Source: an uncultured Lachnospiraceae bacterium (GTDB taxonomy: Bacteria; Bacillota; Clostridia; Lachnospirales; Lachnospiraceae). From it: a stretch of DNA of 64,000 bases. The translations under genes and the position numbers were made by a program. A model generated the notes under the pieces. It had not been told where the DNA came from and ran no database searches. It worked only from the letters and a program-made list of their open reading frames with translations. The stretch's first letter is position 1; each line of letters starts with the position of its first letter. The stretch lies in contig CAYMUW010000012.1 in NCBI GenBank assembly GCA_964393865.1, positions 1,392 through 65,391 on the forward strand, written 5' to 3'. Shown piece after piece: positions 26,635-36,518 of the stretch.

Positions 26635-27207
26635 ATGGAAGGTATTTTTTTACAGACGCAGGGCGTAGAGCTTGGTATTTTATATGCGCTGCAGGGTTTG
26701 CACAGCAGCTGGCTTGATCCTGTTATGATCTTTTTTACTACCCTGGGGGACAATGGAATTATCTGGATATTGATTGCACTTTTCTGTATTTCCTTTAAAA
26801 AGAGCAGAAAATGCGGGGTATTAATGCTGATTACGCTGCTTCTCTGCCTGATAGTAGGGAATGAATTTATCAAAAATCTGGTGGCGAGACCCCGGCCTTT
26901 TCAATTGCTTGAAGGAGAGTTTTCTTTGATTATTCCTCCTCCGTCAGAGTATTCCTTTCCTTCCGGTCATACCATGCATGGCTTTGGCGCTGCAACCATG
27001 ATTTTCTTACATAATAGGAAGGCAGGGATAGCGGCGCTTTTGGGAGCGGCGGTCATTGCGTTTAGCAGGATGTATCTGTTTGTACATTTTCCTACCGATA
27101 TCATAGGGGGACTGATCATTGGTGTTTTTGCAGCAGTGCTTGTGTACATAGCTGCGGACAAAGTATTGGCGGGGAAAGAGAAATTTGACAACATAATGCC
27201 TTTGTGA
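26635..27207 (+). CDS. PAP2-family phosphatase (undecaprenyl-diphosphatase-like)
   Basis: Motifs KNLVARPRP, PSGHT and SRMYLFVHFPTD, plus TM segments. Confidence 0.85.
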   Translation: MEGIFLQTQGVELGILYALQGLHSSWLDPVMIFFTTLGDNGIIWILIALFCISFKKSRKCGVLMLITLLLCLIVGNEFIKNLVARPRPFQLLEGEFSLIIPPPSEYSFPSGHTMHGFGAATMIFLHNRKAGIAALLGAAVIAFSRMYLFVHFPTDIIGGLIIGVFAAVLVYIAADKVLAGKEKFDNIMPL

Positions 27208-27230
27208 TAGGCTAATACTAATTATAGTTT

Positions 27231-27535
27231 AAAAGCGATGACGAAGAGAGTAGGTACAGGAAAGCTTTACAGAGAAGGTTCTCAGGCAGCAAGGAACTGC
27301 AGGTTGAGAGGAACCGGGCGGCAATGCACCGAAGATGGCTTCCGAGCAGTGCACCGACCCGTTTTAACGGTTAGATTGCAACAGGTTCCGCCTGTTACAG
27401 CGGCAGGGTATAATTCCTATGATAAATGGAGTGATTGTACCCGTTGAGATTTTCTTTGTGAGAAGGAAATGAAAAGAAGTGGTACCACGGTTTAACAGCT
27501 GTCTTCTGTCATAAATGATAGGAGGCAGCTTTTTT
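27231..27535 (+). promoter_or_regulatory. T-box riboswitch leader, Met specifier (AUG at 27335-27337)
   Basis: Stem I start AAAGCGATGACGAAGAGAGTAGG, AGAGA box, specifier loop GAAGATGG, T-box AAGAAGTGGTACCACGG (27473-27490), terminator at 27498-27535. Lies upstream of metG. Confidence 0.85.
27498..27535 (+). terminator. T-box terminator hairpin
   Basis: GCTGTCTTCT..AGGAGGCAGC (10 bp including two G-U pairs) followed by TTTTTT. Confidence 0.7.
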
Positions 27536-27580
27536 GGTTCATTAGCACGCCAAAGCAGCTTAGAAAGGAGTTTTAGGAAT

Positions 27581-29554
27581 ATGAGTAAGGGAAAATATTA
27601 CATTACAACGGCTATTGCCTACACCTCAGGCAAGCCCCACATTGGCAACAGCTACGAAATTATCCTGGCGGACAGCATTGCCAGATTTAAAAGAAAGGAT
27701 GGCTATGATGTTTATTTTCAAACGGGAACGGATGAGCATGGCCAGAAAATTGAGTTAAAGGCACAGGAGGCAGGTGTTACGCCCAAGGAGTATGTGGATA
27801 AGGTGGCGGAAACCATCAAAGGACTGTGGGATTTGATGGATACCTCTTATGATCATTTTATCAGGACAACAGATGATTACCATGAAAAGCAGGTTCAGAA
27901 GATTTTTAAGAAGCTGTATGATCAGGGAGATATTTATAAAGGTGCTTATGAAGGTCTTTACTGTACACCCTGCGAATCCTTCTGGACAGAGTCGCAGCTT
28001 GTGGATGGAAAATGCCCCGATTGCGGAAGAGAGGTAAAGCCTGCCAAGGAAGAAGCATACTTTTTCAAAATGAGTAAGTATGCGGATAAGCTGATTGAGC
28101 ATATTAATACCCATCCGGAATTTATACAGCCTGTATCCCGCAAGAACGAGATGATGAACAATTTCCTGCTTCCGGGTCTTCAGGATCTTTGCGTTTCCAG
28201 AACCTCCTTTAAATGGGGAATTCCGGTAGATTTTGATGATAAGCATGTGGTTTATGTATGGCTGGACGCCTTAACAAACTATATTACCGGAATTGGCTAT
28301 GACAGCGACGGAAACAGTACGGAGCAGTATCATAAGCTCTGGCCCGCAGACCTTCATTTAATAGGAAAGGATATTATCAGATTCCATACCATTTACTGGC
28401 CCATCTTCTTAATGGCATTAGGTGAACCTTTGCCAAAGCAGGTATTTGGTCATCCCTGGCTTTTGCAGGGCGACGGCAAGATGAGCAAGTCCAAAGGAAA
28501 TGTGATTTATGCTGATGATCTGGTGGATTTCTTCGGCGTGGATGCGGTTCGTTATTTTGTGCTTCACGAGATGCCCTTTGACAATGACGGAACGATTTCC
28601 TGGGAGCTTTTGGTGGAAAGAATTAATTCCGATCTTGCCAATACGCTGGGAAATCTGGTGAACAGAACCATTTCCATGAGCAATAAATATTTTGGCGGTG
28701 TGGTTGCCGATAAGGGTGTGTGTGAAGCAGTGGATGAGGACCTGAAGGCAGTGGTAACAGGCACCTATGCAAAGATAAGCGCCAAAATGGATGAGCTTCG
28801 TGTGGCGGATGCTTTAACGGAAATATTTGCCTTGTTTAAACGCTGCAATAAATATATTGATGAGACCGAGCCCTGGGTGCTTGCCAAGGATGAAGCCAGG
28901 AAAGACAGACTTTCCACCGTGCTTTATAACCTGGTAGAAAGCATTGTAACCGGCGCATCCTTACTTGAGCCCTTTATGCCTTCTACGGCGCAGAAGATTG
29001 CCCACCAGCTGAATGCAAAGCTTCGCAGCTTTGAGGAGTGCGGCACCTTTGGCAGCTATCCTTCCGAAAACAAAGTGACGGATAAGCCTGAAATTCTGTT
29101 TGCAAGACTGGATGCCAAGGAGGTTGTGGAAAAGGCGGAGGCAATGTTTGCCCAGAGAAAGGCTGCCGCCGGGGAAGCAAGCGGTGATGCCGGAGAAGAG
29201 GCGGAAGTGATTGATATAGAGCCTAAGGAAGAAATTACTTATGATCTGTTTGATAAGCTGCAGTTTCAGGTAGGAGAAATTATTGCCTGTGAGGAGGTAT
29301 CGAAGTCCAAGAAGCTTCTTTGTTCCAAGGTTCGGATCGGCAGTCAGGTAAAGCAGATTGTTTCCGGTATTAAACAGCACTATAGTGCGCAGGAAATGGT
29401 CGGTAAGAAGGTTATGGTATTAGTGAACCTAAAGCCCGCAACGCTGGCAGGAGTGGTTTCCGAGGGAATGCTTCTGTGTGCGGAGGACAGTGAAGGAAAC
29501 CTGGCGCTTCTTACACCGGAGAAGGATATGCCTGCAGGAGCGGAAATCTGTTAG
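27581..29554 (+). CDS. metG: methionine--tRNA ligase with C-terminal tRNA-binding (Trbp111-like) domain
   Basis: Class I HIGN motif (KPHIGNSYE), KMSKS, and zinc knuckle CTPCE..CPDCG. RBS GAAAGGAG precedes the ATG at 27581. The track ORF start at 27515 lies inside the T-box terminator. Confidence 0.95.
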   Translation: MSKGKYYITTAIAYTSGKPHIGNSYEIILADSIARFKRKDGYDVYFQTGTDEHGQKIELKAQEAGVTPKEYVDKVAETIKGLWDLMDTSYDHFIRTTDDYHEKQVQKIFKKLYDQGDIYKGAYEGLYCTPCESFWTESQLVDGKCPDCGREVKPAKEEAYFFKMSKYADKLIEHINTHPEFIQPVSRKNEMMNNFLLPGLQDLCVSRTSFKWGIPVDFDDKHVVYVWLDALTNYITGIGYDSDGNSTEQYHKLWPADLHLIGKDIIRFHTIYWPIFLMALGEPLPKQVFGHPWLLQGDGKMSKSKGNVIYADDLVDFFGVDAVRYFVLHEMPFDNDGTISWELLVERINSDLANTLGNLVNRTISMSNKYFGGVVADKGVCEAVDEDLKAVVTGTYAKISAKMDELRVADALTEIFALFKRCNKYIDETEPWVLAKDEARKDRLSTVLYNLVESIVTGASLLEPFMPSTAQKIAHQLNAKLRSFEECGTFGSYPSENKVTDKPEILFARLDAKEVVEKAEAMFAQRKAAAGEASGDAGEEAEVIDIEPKEEITYDLFDKLQFQVGEIIACEEVSKSKKLLCSKVRIGSQVKQIVSGIKQHYSAQEMVGKKVMVLVNLKPATLAGVVSEGMLLCAEDSEGNLALLTPEKDMPAGAEIC

Positions 29555-29578
29555 GCTTTAAGAGGGACGGAGGTTACA

Positions 29579-30523
29579 ATGGTAAAAAAGGAAGAATTTA
29601 CTTTTGATTCCAGAGACGGAAAGACAAAGCTTCATGCAGTCAGATGGGTGCCGGAGGGCAAGGTTGTCTGTATTATACAGATTGTTCATGGCATGGCCGA
29701 ATATGTCGAGCGATATGAAGCACTGGCACAGTATCTTGGAGAGAAGGGGATACTGGTAACAGGAGACGATCATCTGGGACATGGAAAAAGTGTTGCCAAG
29801 GACGGTATATACGGGTATTTCTGTGAGCAGGACCCGGCTACCGTCGTGGTGCGGGATGTGCATAGACTGAAGAAGATGACGCAGGAAGACTATCCTGGTG
29901 TTCCCTATGTAATACTGGGACACAGCATGGGTTCCTTTATTCTTCGCAATTACCTGTTTCGCTATGGAACCGGAATTGAAGGGGCGGTTATCTGCGGAAC
30001 CGGTTCCAAGTCAAAGGCACTGGTAACGGCAAGCAGGATGATTGCCGCCGTTCAGGGAGTGATTTTTGGGGATGCCCATGCATCTAAGCTGATTGACAGA
30101 CTGGCGTTTGGTTCCAGTAATAAGAAAATTGCAGATGCGAAAACCGCCTTTGACTGGCTGTGCACAGATGAGAAAGTGGTGGACGCATATATCAAAGATG
30201 AGCTGTGCGGCTTCACCTTTACGGTAAACGGATTTAAAACCCTGTTTCAGCTTTTGAACCGTCTGAATAAGGCGGAGAACATAAACAAAATGCCTAAAGA
30301 TCTGCCTGTGCTTTTCCTGTCGGGCGATATGGACCCGGTGGGAGACTACGGAGAGGGAGTGAAAAAGGCATATGAGGATTTCAGGAAGGCAGGTATGAAG
30401 CGTGTCTCCATGAAGCTTTATCCGGGAGGAAGGCATGAACTGCTTAATGAAACGAATAAGCAGCAGGTTTATGAGGAGCTTTATCCGTGGATTATGGAGC
30501 GGGTCAGGGAATATCAGCTATAG
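29579..30523 (+). CDS. alpha/beta hydrolase (lysophospholipase/monoacylglycerol-lipase-like)
   Basis: HGMAEY, nucleophile elbow GHSMGS, C-terminal GGRHE. Confidence 0.8.
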   Translation: MVKKEEFTFDSRDGKTKLHAVRWVPEGKVVCIIQIVHGMAEYVERYEALAQYLGEKGILVTGDDHLGHGKSVAKDGIYGYFCEQDPATVVVRDVHRLKKMTQEDYPGVPYVILGHSMGSFILRNYLFRYGTGIEGAVICGTGSKSKALVTASRMIAAVQGVIFGDAHASKLIDRLAFGSSNKKIADAKTAFDWLCTDEKVVDAYIKDELCGFTFTVNGFKTLFQLLNRLNKAENINKMPKDLPVLFLSGDMDPVGDYGEGVKKAYEDFRKAGMKRVSMKLYPGGRHELLNETNKQQVYEELYPWIMERVREYQL

Positions 30524-30548
30524 GCAGTTCGAAAGGTGGATTATAATA

Positions 30549-31058
30549 ATGAAAAAAAAGATTATGATACTGTTGGCGTTATTGTTGGCGTTGGGATTCT
30601 ATCCGATATCGGCGGAGGCATCTGAGACAGATGCTTCCGGTATCATAGACCAGATTAAGCAGCAGCTTACAGATGTTTTTGAAAATGTGGATCAGGAAAC
30701 AGCCGGAGAAATATTTTCCTTTTTGAAGGAGCAGGCAGCGGAGGGAAATATTACTGCTGACGGCGATCTTCAGGGCGTAATCAAGGAGGGCGAAGAGAAA
30801 TTCGGCGTGGAGATTGACGAGGCGGATGCCCGCAAGCTTGTGGAAACCATGGAGAAACTGGAAAATATGGGCTTTTCTGCAGAATATGTGATAGATAAGG
30901 CGGAAACACTGTATGACGAGTATGGGACAGAATTTGCGGATCACGCCGATGAACTGGTTAAGGGAGCGGTGAAGAATGCCGCAGAGAACGTGGCCGGAAG
31001 TTTCTGGCAGAATTTGAAAAATTCGATTAAAAATTTCTTTCAAAACCTGTTTAAATAA
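30549..31058 (+). CDS. secreted acidic protein of unknown function
   Basis: Signal peptide MKKKIMILLALLLALGFYPISAEA. The ATG at 30549 is preferred over the upstream in-frame extension that overlaps the hydrolase. Confidence 0.6.
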   Translation: MKKKIMILLALLLALGFYPISAEASETDASGIIDQIKQQLTDVFENVDQETAGEIFSFLKEQAAEGNITADGDLQGVIKEGEEKFGVEIDEADARKLVETMEKLENMGFSAEYVIDKAETLYDEYGTEFADHADELVKGAVKNAAENVAGSFWQNLKNSIKNFFQNLFK

Positions 31059-31146
31059 TCGAAGGAGATAAGAATAAAAAACCGATATCCCAGCAAATAA
31101 TAAATATAGCATGTGTAAATCACGTTTGTGAAACGGAGGATGATAT

Positions 31147-32139
31147 ATGAAAATTGCATTTTACGGAACAAAACCATATGATAAGATTTGGTTTGAACCT
31201 TTGGGAAAGGAGTATGGCTTTGATATTCATTTTATTGAGTCGGCATGTAATCAGGAAACCATATTTATGGCAAAAGGTTACGATGCAATCTGTATTTTTG
31301 TGAATGATTATGTGAATGCGGAAATGATAGATGCGCTCTATGAAATGAATGTCAAAGCTATTTTACTTCGCAGCGCAGGCTTTAATAATGTGGATGTGAA
31401 AGCAGCTGAGGATAAAATTATTATACTGCGTGTTCCCAGTTATTCACCTGAGGCGGTGGCGGAATTTTCCATGGCGCTTCTGCTTACGGTAAATCGCCTT
31501 ACGCACAAGGCTTACAACAGAACGAGAGATTTCAATATGAGTCTCAATGGACTTATGGGAATTGATTTGTATGAGAAAACGGCAGGAGTAGTTGGAACAG
31601 GCAAAATCGGTCAGGCGATGATCCGTATTTTAAACGGATTTCAGATGCATGTGCTGTGTTATGATCCGTATCCGGTTGAAGGACTTGATGCGGAGTATGT
31701 ATCTTTAGAGGAGCTTTTCAGGTGTTCCGACATTATTTCACTTCACTGTCCTCTTACATCGGACACCAGGTATATGATTAATAAGGATTCCATTGCGCTG
31801 ATGAAGCAGGGTGTTTACCTGATTAATACATCAAGAGGCGGACTGATTGATACGGAAGCGTTAATTAATGCCATGCTGGAGGGAAAGTTTGGCGGTGTGG
31901 GATTGGATGTATATGAGGAAGAGGAAGGCGTATTTTATGAGGACCGCTCCGGAGAGATTATAACAGACGACAATCTGGCGCGGCTTATGACATTTCCCAA
32001 TGTGCTGGTTACCTCCCATATGGGCTTTTTTACGAAGGAAGCGATGCAGGCAATTGCCCTTACCACATTGGAGAATGCTTATGCATTGGAAAACGGGCTG
32101 CCGTTAGTGAATCAGGTAGGGAAAGAAATGGCTCCTTAA
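31147..32139 (+). CDS. ldhA: D-lactate dehydrogenase (D-2-hydroxyacid dehydrogenase family)
   Basis: Collinear with E. coli LdhA from the N-terminus (MKIAFYGTKPYDK..ICIFVND..LRSAGFNNVD). NAD motif GVVGTGKIG. Confidence 0.85.
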   Translation: MKIAFYGTKPYDKIWFEPLGKEYGFDIHFIESACNQETIFMAKGYDAICIFVNDYVNAEMIDALYEMNVKAILLRSAGFNNVDVKAAEDKIIILRVPSYSPEAVAEFSMALLLTVNRLTHKAYNRTRDFNMSLNGLMGIDLYEKTAGVVGTGKIGQAMIRILNGFQMHVLCYDPYPVEGLDAEYVSLEELFRCSDIISLHCPLTSDTRYMINKDSIALMKQGVYLINTSRGGLIDTEALINAMLEGKFGGVGLDVYEEEEGVFYEDRSGEIITDDNLARLMTFPNVLVTSHMGFFTKEAMQAIALTTLENAYALENGLPLVNQVGKEMAP

Positions 32140-32231
32140 TATCTATGTAAAGCAGTAAAGAGCACCTGCTGATTGCAAAAACGTATACGATCTGATATAA
32201 TTATTACTTAATAGTGATAAGAGGAAGGACG

Positions 32232-32708
32232 ATGGAAAAGTCATTATTGTACAGAATTGAATTTGCCCGGCAGGATGATTGGGAAGATGCCATGGGACTG
32301 GCATGGAAGACCTTTCTGGAATTTGAAGCCAAGGACTATTCACCGGAAGGTGTCAGAAGCTTTGAGGATTTCATTACCGATACAGGTCTTAAGGAGATGT
32401 TCCGCATGGGCACTTATCAGATGATGACGGCATGGGATGGCATACGCATGGTGGGTATGATTACGCTTCGAAATCAGATGCACATTTCACTGCTTTTTGT
32501 AGATAAAGAGTATCATCGCAGAGGAATAGGCAGAGTACTCATTGAGAAAATGGCCGGCTATGTGCGAAATGAGATTGGGAAGGAACGGATGACAGTAAAT
32601 TCATCGCCTTACGGGGTACCCTTTTATCATCAGGTGGGATTTCGGGATTTAGGATCAGAGCGATGTCAGGATGGTATCAGATATACTCCAATGGAGTACC
32701 TGTTATAG
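32232..32708 (+). CDS. GNAT-family N-acetyltransferase
   Basis: Acetyl-CoA motif LFVDKEYHRRGIGRVL. The ATG at 32232 follows AGAGGAAGGA. Confidence 0.75.
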   Translation: MEKSLLYRIEFARQDDWEDAMGLAWKTFLEFEAKDYSPEGVRSFEDFITDTGLKEMFRMGTYQMMTAWDGIRMVGMITLRNQMHISLLFVDKEYHRRGIGRVLIEKMAGYVRNEIGKERMTVNSSPYGVPFYHQVGFRDLGSERCQDGIRYTPMEYLL

Positions 32709-32714
32709 AAATGG

Positions 32715-33977
32715 GTGGGGCTTATGGAATACATTCACAGTAAGAATATTTTTCTACTTATGCGAGATACTCTGAAGGTGATAGACCGGCGGCCAATGGA
32801 TCATGGTTCAAGAGTGTCATATTATTTGTATAAGATGCTGGAATGCAGAGGCGGCTATGAAAAATTTGAGCTGGCGGATTTTGTATTTATGGCCTCCCTT
32901 CATGATATTGGGGCATACAGGACGGACAACTTGAAGGATTTGATTGGTTATGAATGCAGGGAGCCTATGCCTCATGCTACATATGGATATCTTGTATTTA
33001 AGCATCTGTCACCCCTGCGGGAACTGGCCAAAGTCATTCTTTATCATCATACGGATTATTTGCAGCTTGAAAAGATAAGCTATGAGTATAAGGATATTGC
33101 GGCTTTTTTAAGTCTGGCGGAGAAGGTTGATATCTTCTCGGGTGCAATGAAGGAAGCCTTCGATATGAGTTTGTTTCATAAGCAATCCGGCACGGTAGTC
33201 AGCCCGGAGGCGATAGAGCTTTTTGAAAAGGCAATACAGACTTACGATATATTAAATAAGGTCAACAGCGGTGATTACAAGGCGGAGCTGTATGATATCA
33301 TCGATTATATGATATTTAATAATGAGGACAAAAAGAAATGCCTGGAAATGCTGATGTATTGTCAGGGATTTAGAAGTGAGAAATCGGTGGTTGATACAGT
33401 GACCTGTATTTGCATTTCCGAAATTCTCGGGCAGAAGATGCGTTTATCGGAATTGGAACTGGAACAGCTGTATTACGGCAGTCTCCTCCATGATATCGGT
33501 ATGTTGGCAATCCCCCGGGAGATTATTGAAGCGCCGAGAAAGCTGACGCCGGATGAATATGACAAGGTGAAAATGCATGTGCATCTGGGAGAAAAAATGT
33601 TGAATAACCGCATGGCGGAGGAAGTGGTGAAAATCGTGGCGGCGCATCATGAGCGCTGTGACGGCAGCGGCTATCCTAGAGGGCTTCGCGGGATTCAGAT
33701 GAACCATACGCAGGAAATCTTACAGCTGGCAGATACGGTTACGGCTCTTCTGGGACAGAGAGCCTACAGAGCTTCTTATGAGAAGGAGGACGTGATCTCC
33801 CTAATCAGCACGGAGGCGGCCGCAGGCAAATATAACAAAACAGTTGTTAAAATCTTTTTGAATGCCTATGATGAGATCATGGCAAAAGTAAAAAAGCGTT
33901 CCGATGAAATTATGGTTACATACAGAAAGCTAAATCTGCAGTATAAGCAGGTATCAGGAAGACTGAAGGAAGAGTAA
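32715..33977 (+). CDS. tandem HD-domain protein; C-terminal canonical HD-GYP c-di-GMP phosphodiesterase
   Basis: First HD region SLHDIGAY..LYHHTDY (no GYP). Second region LHDIGMLAIP..HHERCDGSGYPRGL. The start is either GTG at 32715 or ATG at 32724. Confidence 0.85.
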   Translation: MGLMEYIHSKNIFLLMRDTLKVIDRRPMDHGSRVSYYLYKMLECRGGYEKFELADFVFMASLHDIGAYRTDNLKDLIGYECREPMPHATYGYLVFKHLSPLRELAKVILYHHTDYLQLEKISYEYKDIAAFLSLAEKVDIFSGAMKEAFDMSLFHKQSGTVVSPEAIELFEKAIQTYDILNKVNSGDYKAELYDIIDYMIFNNEDKKKCLEMLMYCQGFRSEKSVVDTVTCICISEILGQKMRLSELELEQLYYGSLLHDIGMLAIPREIIEAPRKLTPDEYDKVKMHVHLGEKMLNNRMAEEVVKIVAAHHERCDGSGYPRGLRGIQMNHTQEILQLADTVTALLGQRAYRASYEKEDVISLISTEAAAGKYNKTVVKIFLNAYDEIMAKVKKRSDEIMVTYRKLNLQYKQVSGRLKEE

Positions 33978-34001
33978 ATTTCTAACAAAAGGAAGAGAAC
34001 A

Positions 34002-34736
34002 ATGGGAAGATTATTTAATTTGGACAGTCCGTTAATGAGCGGCTTAAGTAAGATGGCGGACTTGATTTGGCTGAACATTTTAGCATTTATCTGCTGTATA
34101 CCGATCTTTACGATCGGTGCAACGTTGACCGCCCTGAATTATGTGGCGCTTAAGATTGTGAGAAATGAAGAGGGTTACGTTACTAAGTCATTTTTTAAAT
34201 CCTTTAAGCAGAATTTTAAACAGGCCACGATCATTTGGCTGATTATGCTGTTGGTGGTGGTTATTATTGTGGTAGATATTTTGATATTCAGCTATTCCAA
34301 TATAGTATTTCCCTCATGGATCAAGGTGGCGTTGATTGCAATCGGAATATTGGCGTTTTTTGCCACAATGCATGTATTTCCTGTATTGGCAAGATTTGAG
34401 AATACCATTGCAAATACCTTTAAAAATTCCTTTTATATTGGAATTTTAAGTCTGCCCAAAACAATTGTGATGATGGTTTGCTGGATTATTCCTGTAGTGA
34501 TTTCCATTTATTTTCTGCAGGCATTTCCTATTGTCATTGCTTTTGGAATTTCAGGACCGGTATTTATAAGTGCGCTGCTTTATAATAAAACCTTCAAGCG
34601 TTTTGAGCCTGAAGAGGAGGCTGAGGGTGACAGGGAATGGACTGTTCCTGTAGATGATGAGCAGGAACCCGAAGAGCAGAATGAGAAGGAAGCTTCGGAG
34701 CAGAAGGAACAGAAACCTGAAGAGCAGAATGAATAA
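34002..34736 (+). CDS. DUF624 (YesL-like) membrane protein with acidic low-complexity tail
   Basis: N-terminal pattern LSKMADLIWLNILAFICCIPIFTIGA. About 6 hydrophobic segments. E/Q/K-rich C-terminus. Confidence 0.7.
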   Translation: MGRLFNLDSPLMSGLSKMADLIWLNILAFICCIPIFTIGATLTALNYVALKIVRNEEGYVTKSFFKSFKQNFKQATIIWLIMLLVVVIIVVDILIFSYSNIVFPSWIKVALIAIGILAFFATMHVFPVLARFENTIANTFKNSFYIGILSLPKTIVMMVCWIIPVVISIYFLQAFPIVIAFGISGPVFISALLYNKTFKRFEPEEEAEGDREWTVPVDDEQEPEEQNEKEASEQKEQKPEEQNE

Positions 34737-34848
34737 AATTGGAAGAGAAGGATAAACAGGAGCTTAGGAAAGGGAGGTTCCGGAGCGGAACGGGAAAGAG
34801 GAGTAAGTGACAGAGACTGGTTAGGTTGCATAATACGGAGAGTTGGGG

Positions 34849-36321
34849 ATGAAAGCAAATGTTAAAGCGGTAATTTTACGTTGGGTGTTTCCGCTGATAG
34901 GGGTGCTGTTGTTGGCACTGTTTATTTTTTTAGGTGCTACCGGTAAAGAAAAGAAAAATGCGGAAGAAGTTATTGAGAATGAGATATTTCATGTGGTAGA
35001 AAAGCATGCCGCTATGATCAGGACTGAGCTTTTGGATATTCAAAACGCAGGGGAACTTATTTTATCGCTTATTGAGAGGGAAAATGCAACAACACCGAAG
35101 AGTTTATCACGGTATTTACAGGCTGTTATCGACAAGACAGAAGCGAATGCCGCGGTTTATGTTGCCGGGAATGGCTTGGCGGTTAATCAGGATGGGGAAA
35201 AGGTTAAGCTGACAGACAGAAGCTGGTTTCAGGAAGACCTTTTAGAGGCAGATGAACCCCTGTATCTTTTGCTGGGTGAGGATGAAACAGAGGCGGAAGA
35301 GGCCATTTTGATTATGGTTCCCGGTTCGGATGGTGCAGGTGCGGTATACATATGGTATTCGGTAGAAAATTTAAAAAATCTGATGGTTATGAATGAGGAT
35401 TTCGACCGTCCCGTCATCGGGATGCTGCTGGATGCGGATGGAAATATCCTTGTACGTACCGGTATTACCAGTGACTTTACGACGGAGATGAACCTGTGGG
35501 CCAATCTGAATGAAGCAGGAGATGAAGTTGCTGCTGCTAAAGCAGAAATCCAAAACGGAAGCTCAGGGGCATTAAGGGCATCAGCGGACAATGAAAGCCG
35601 CACTCTGGTTTATGTACCTTTATCCATTGGAGAATGGCAGCTTATGGCAGGTCTGGATCAGGCGTATGTTGACCGGAGAGAAAAGAACTTGTGGGGAAAC
35701 ACAAGCAAGGTACTTGGTTTGGTGCTTACAGGCGTAGTGATATTTGCGATTTTCTTTGTAATCACTAACATTTCCGGCAGAATGAAAAACGAGAAAAACA
35801 GTCAGGCATTGAAGGAAAAGGCTGATACGGACTTACTTACAGGTCTTAACAATAAGCTTGCCACGGAGCGCAAGATCAAGGAGTATATGGAAGAAGCGCC
35901 CGATTCACTGGCGATGATGTTTTTGCTTGACATAGACAATTTTAAAAAGATTAACGATACCATGGGGCATGCCTTTGGAGATGAGGTATTAAGAACACTT
36001 GGAAAGAAAATAAGCGCCAACTTCCGTGTGACTGATATTATCGGGAGAACGGGAGGCGATGAGTTCACCATTTTCTTAAAGGCGCTTAAGAATGATTCCA
36101 ATACCCTGAATGAGGCAAATAAGCTGATAAACTTTTTCCAGCATTTTCAGGTTGGAGAGTATGTGAAATACTCTGCTACGGCAAGTATCGGAGCGGCGGT
36201 TTTTCCGGCAGACGGAAAGGACTTTGAAACACTATATAAGGCAGCGGATCAGGCTCTCTATAAGGCTAAGAAACGGGGCAAAAACCAATTGGCATTTTAT
36301 GATGACAGAGACAGGAAATAA
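34849..36321 (+). CDS. membrane-anchored sensor diguanylate cyclase (GGDEF)
   Basis: Two TM segments flank an extracytoplasmic domain of about 250 aa. GGDEF domain with RTGGDEF. Confidence 0.85.
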   Translation: MKANVKAVILRWVFPLIGVLLLALFIFLGATGKEKKNAEEVIENEIFHVVEKHAAMIRTELLDIQNAGELILSLIERENATTPKSLSRYLQAVIDKTEANAAVYVAGNGLAVNQDGEKVKLTDRSWFQEDLLEADEPLYLLLGEDETEAEEAILIMVPGSDGAGAVYIWYSVENLKNLMVMNEDFDRPVIGMLLDADGNILVRTGITSDFTTEMNLWANLNEAGDEVAAAKAEIQNGSSGALRASADNESRTLVYVPLSIGEWQLMAGLDQAYVDRREKNLWGNTSKVLGLVLTGVVIFAIFFVITNISGRMKNEKNSQALKEKADTDLLTGLNNKLATERKIKEYMEEAPDSLAMMFLLDIDNFKKINDTMGHAFGDEVLRTLGKKISANFRVTDIIGRTGGDEFTIFLKALKNDSNTLNEANKLINFFQHFQVGEYVKYSATASIGAAVFPADGKDFETLYKAADQALYKAKKRGKNQLAFYDDRDRK

Positions 36322-36518
36322 ATATACAAAGTGTCCAGAGGTTTAAGGGTTTTATTGGTCAAGTTGTCTAAGAAAAATAAAAAAATGAATCTTTATAAGC
36401 ATTTTTTACAACGGAGAATAAAATCTTTGTTGAATAGTTGCATAGTCAAAGACACTATTCTCATGTATACTAAACACAGACTTGATCGTGTATCAAATAT
36501 TTTAAGGAGGCAAATGAA

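Noticed and set aside
27238-27447. 69-aa ORF upstream of metG
   Set aside because: It lies entirely within the T-box leader RNA, has no RBS, and its sequence is explained by Stem I and the specifier structure.
30579-31112. 177-aa minus-strand ORF antisense to the secreted-protein gene
   Set aside because: The + strand ORF has a clean signal peptide and fits the operon orientation. The antisense product is low-complexity.
34590-34736. Repetitive GAAGAGCAGAATGA / E-Q-K-rich tail of the DUF624 protein, which resembles a tandem repeat
   Set aside because: It is a short imperfect duplication (PEEQNEKE / PEEQNE) within a coding low-complexity acidic tail, not a separate repeat element or array.
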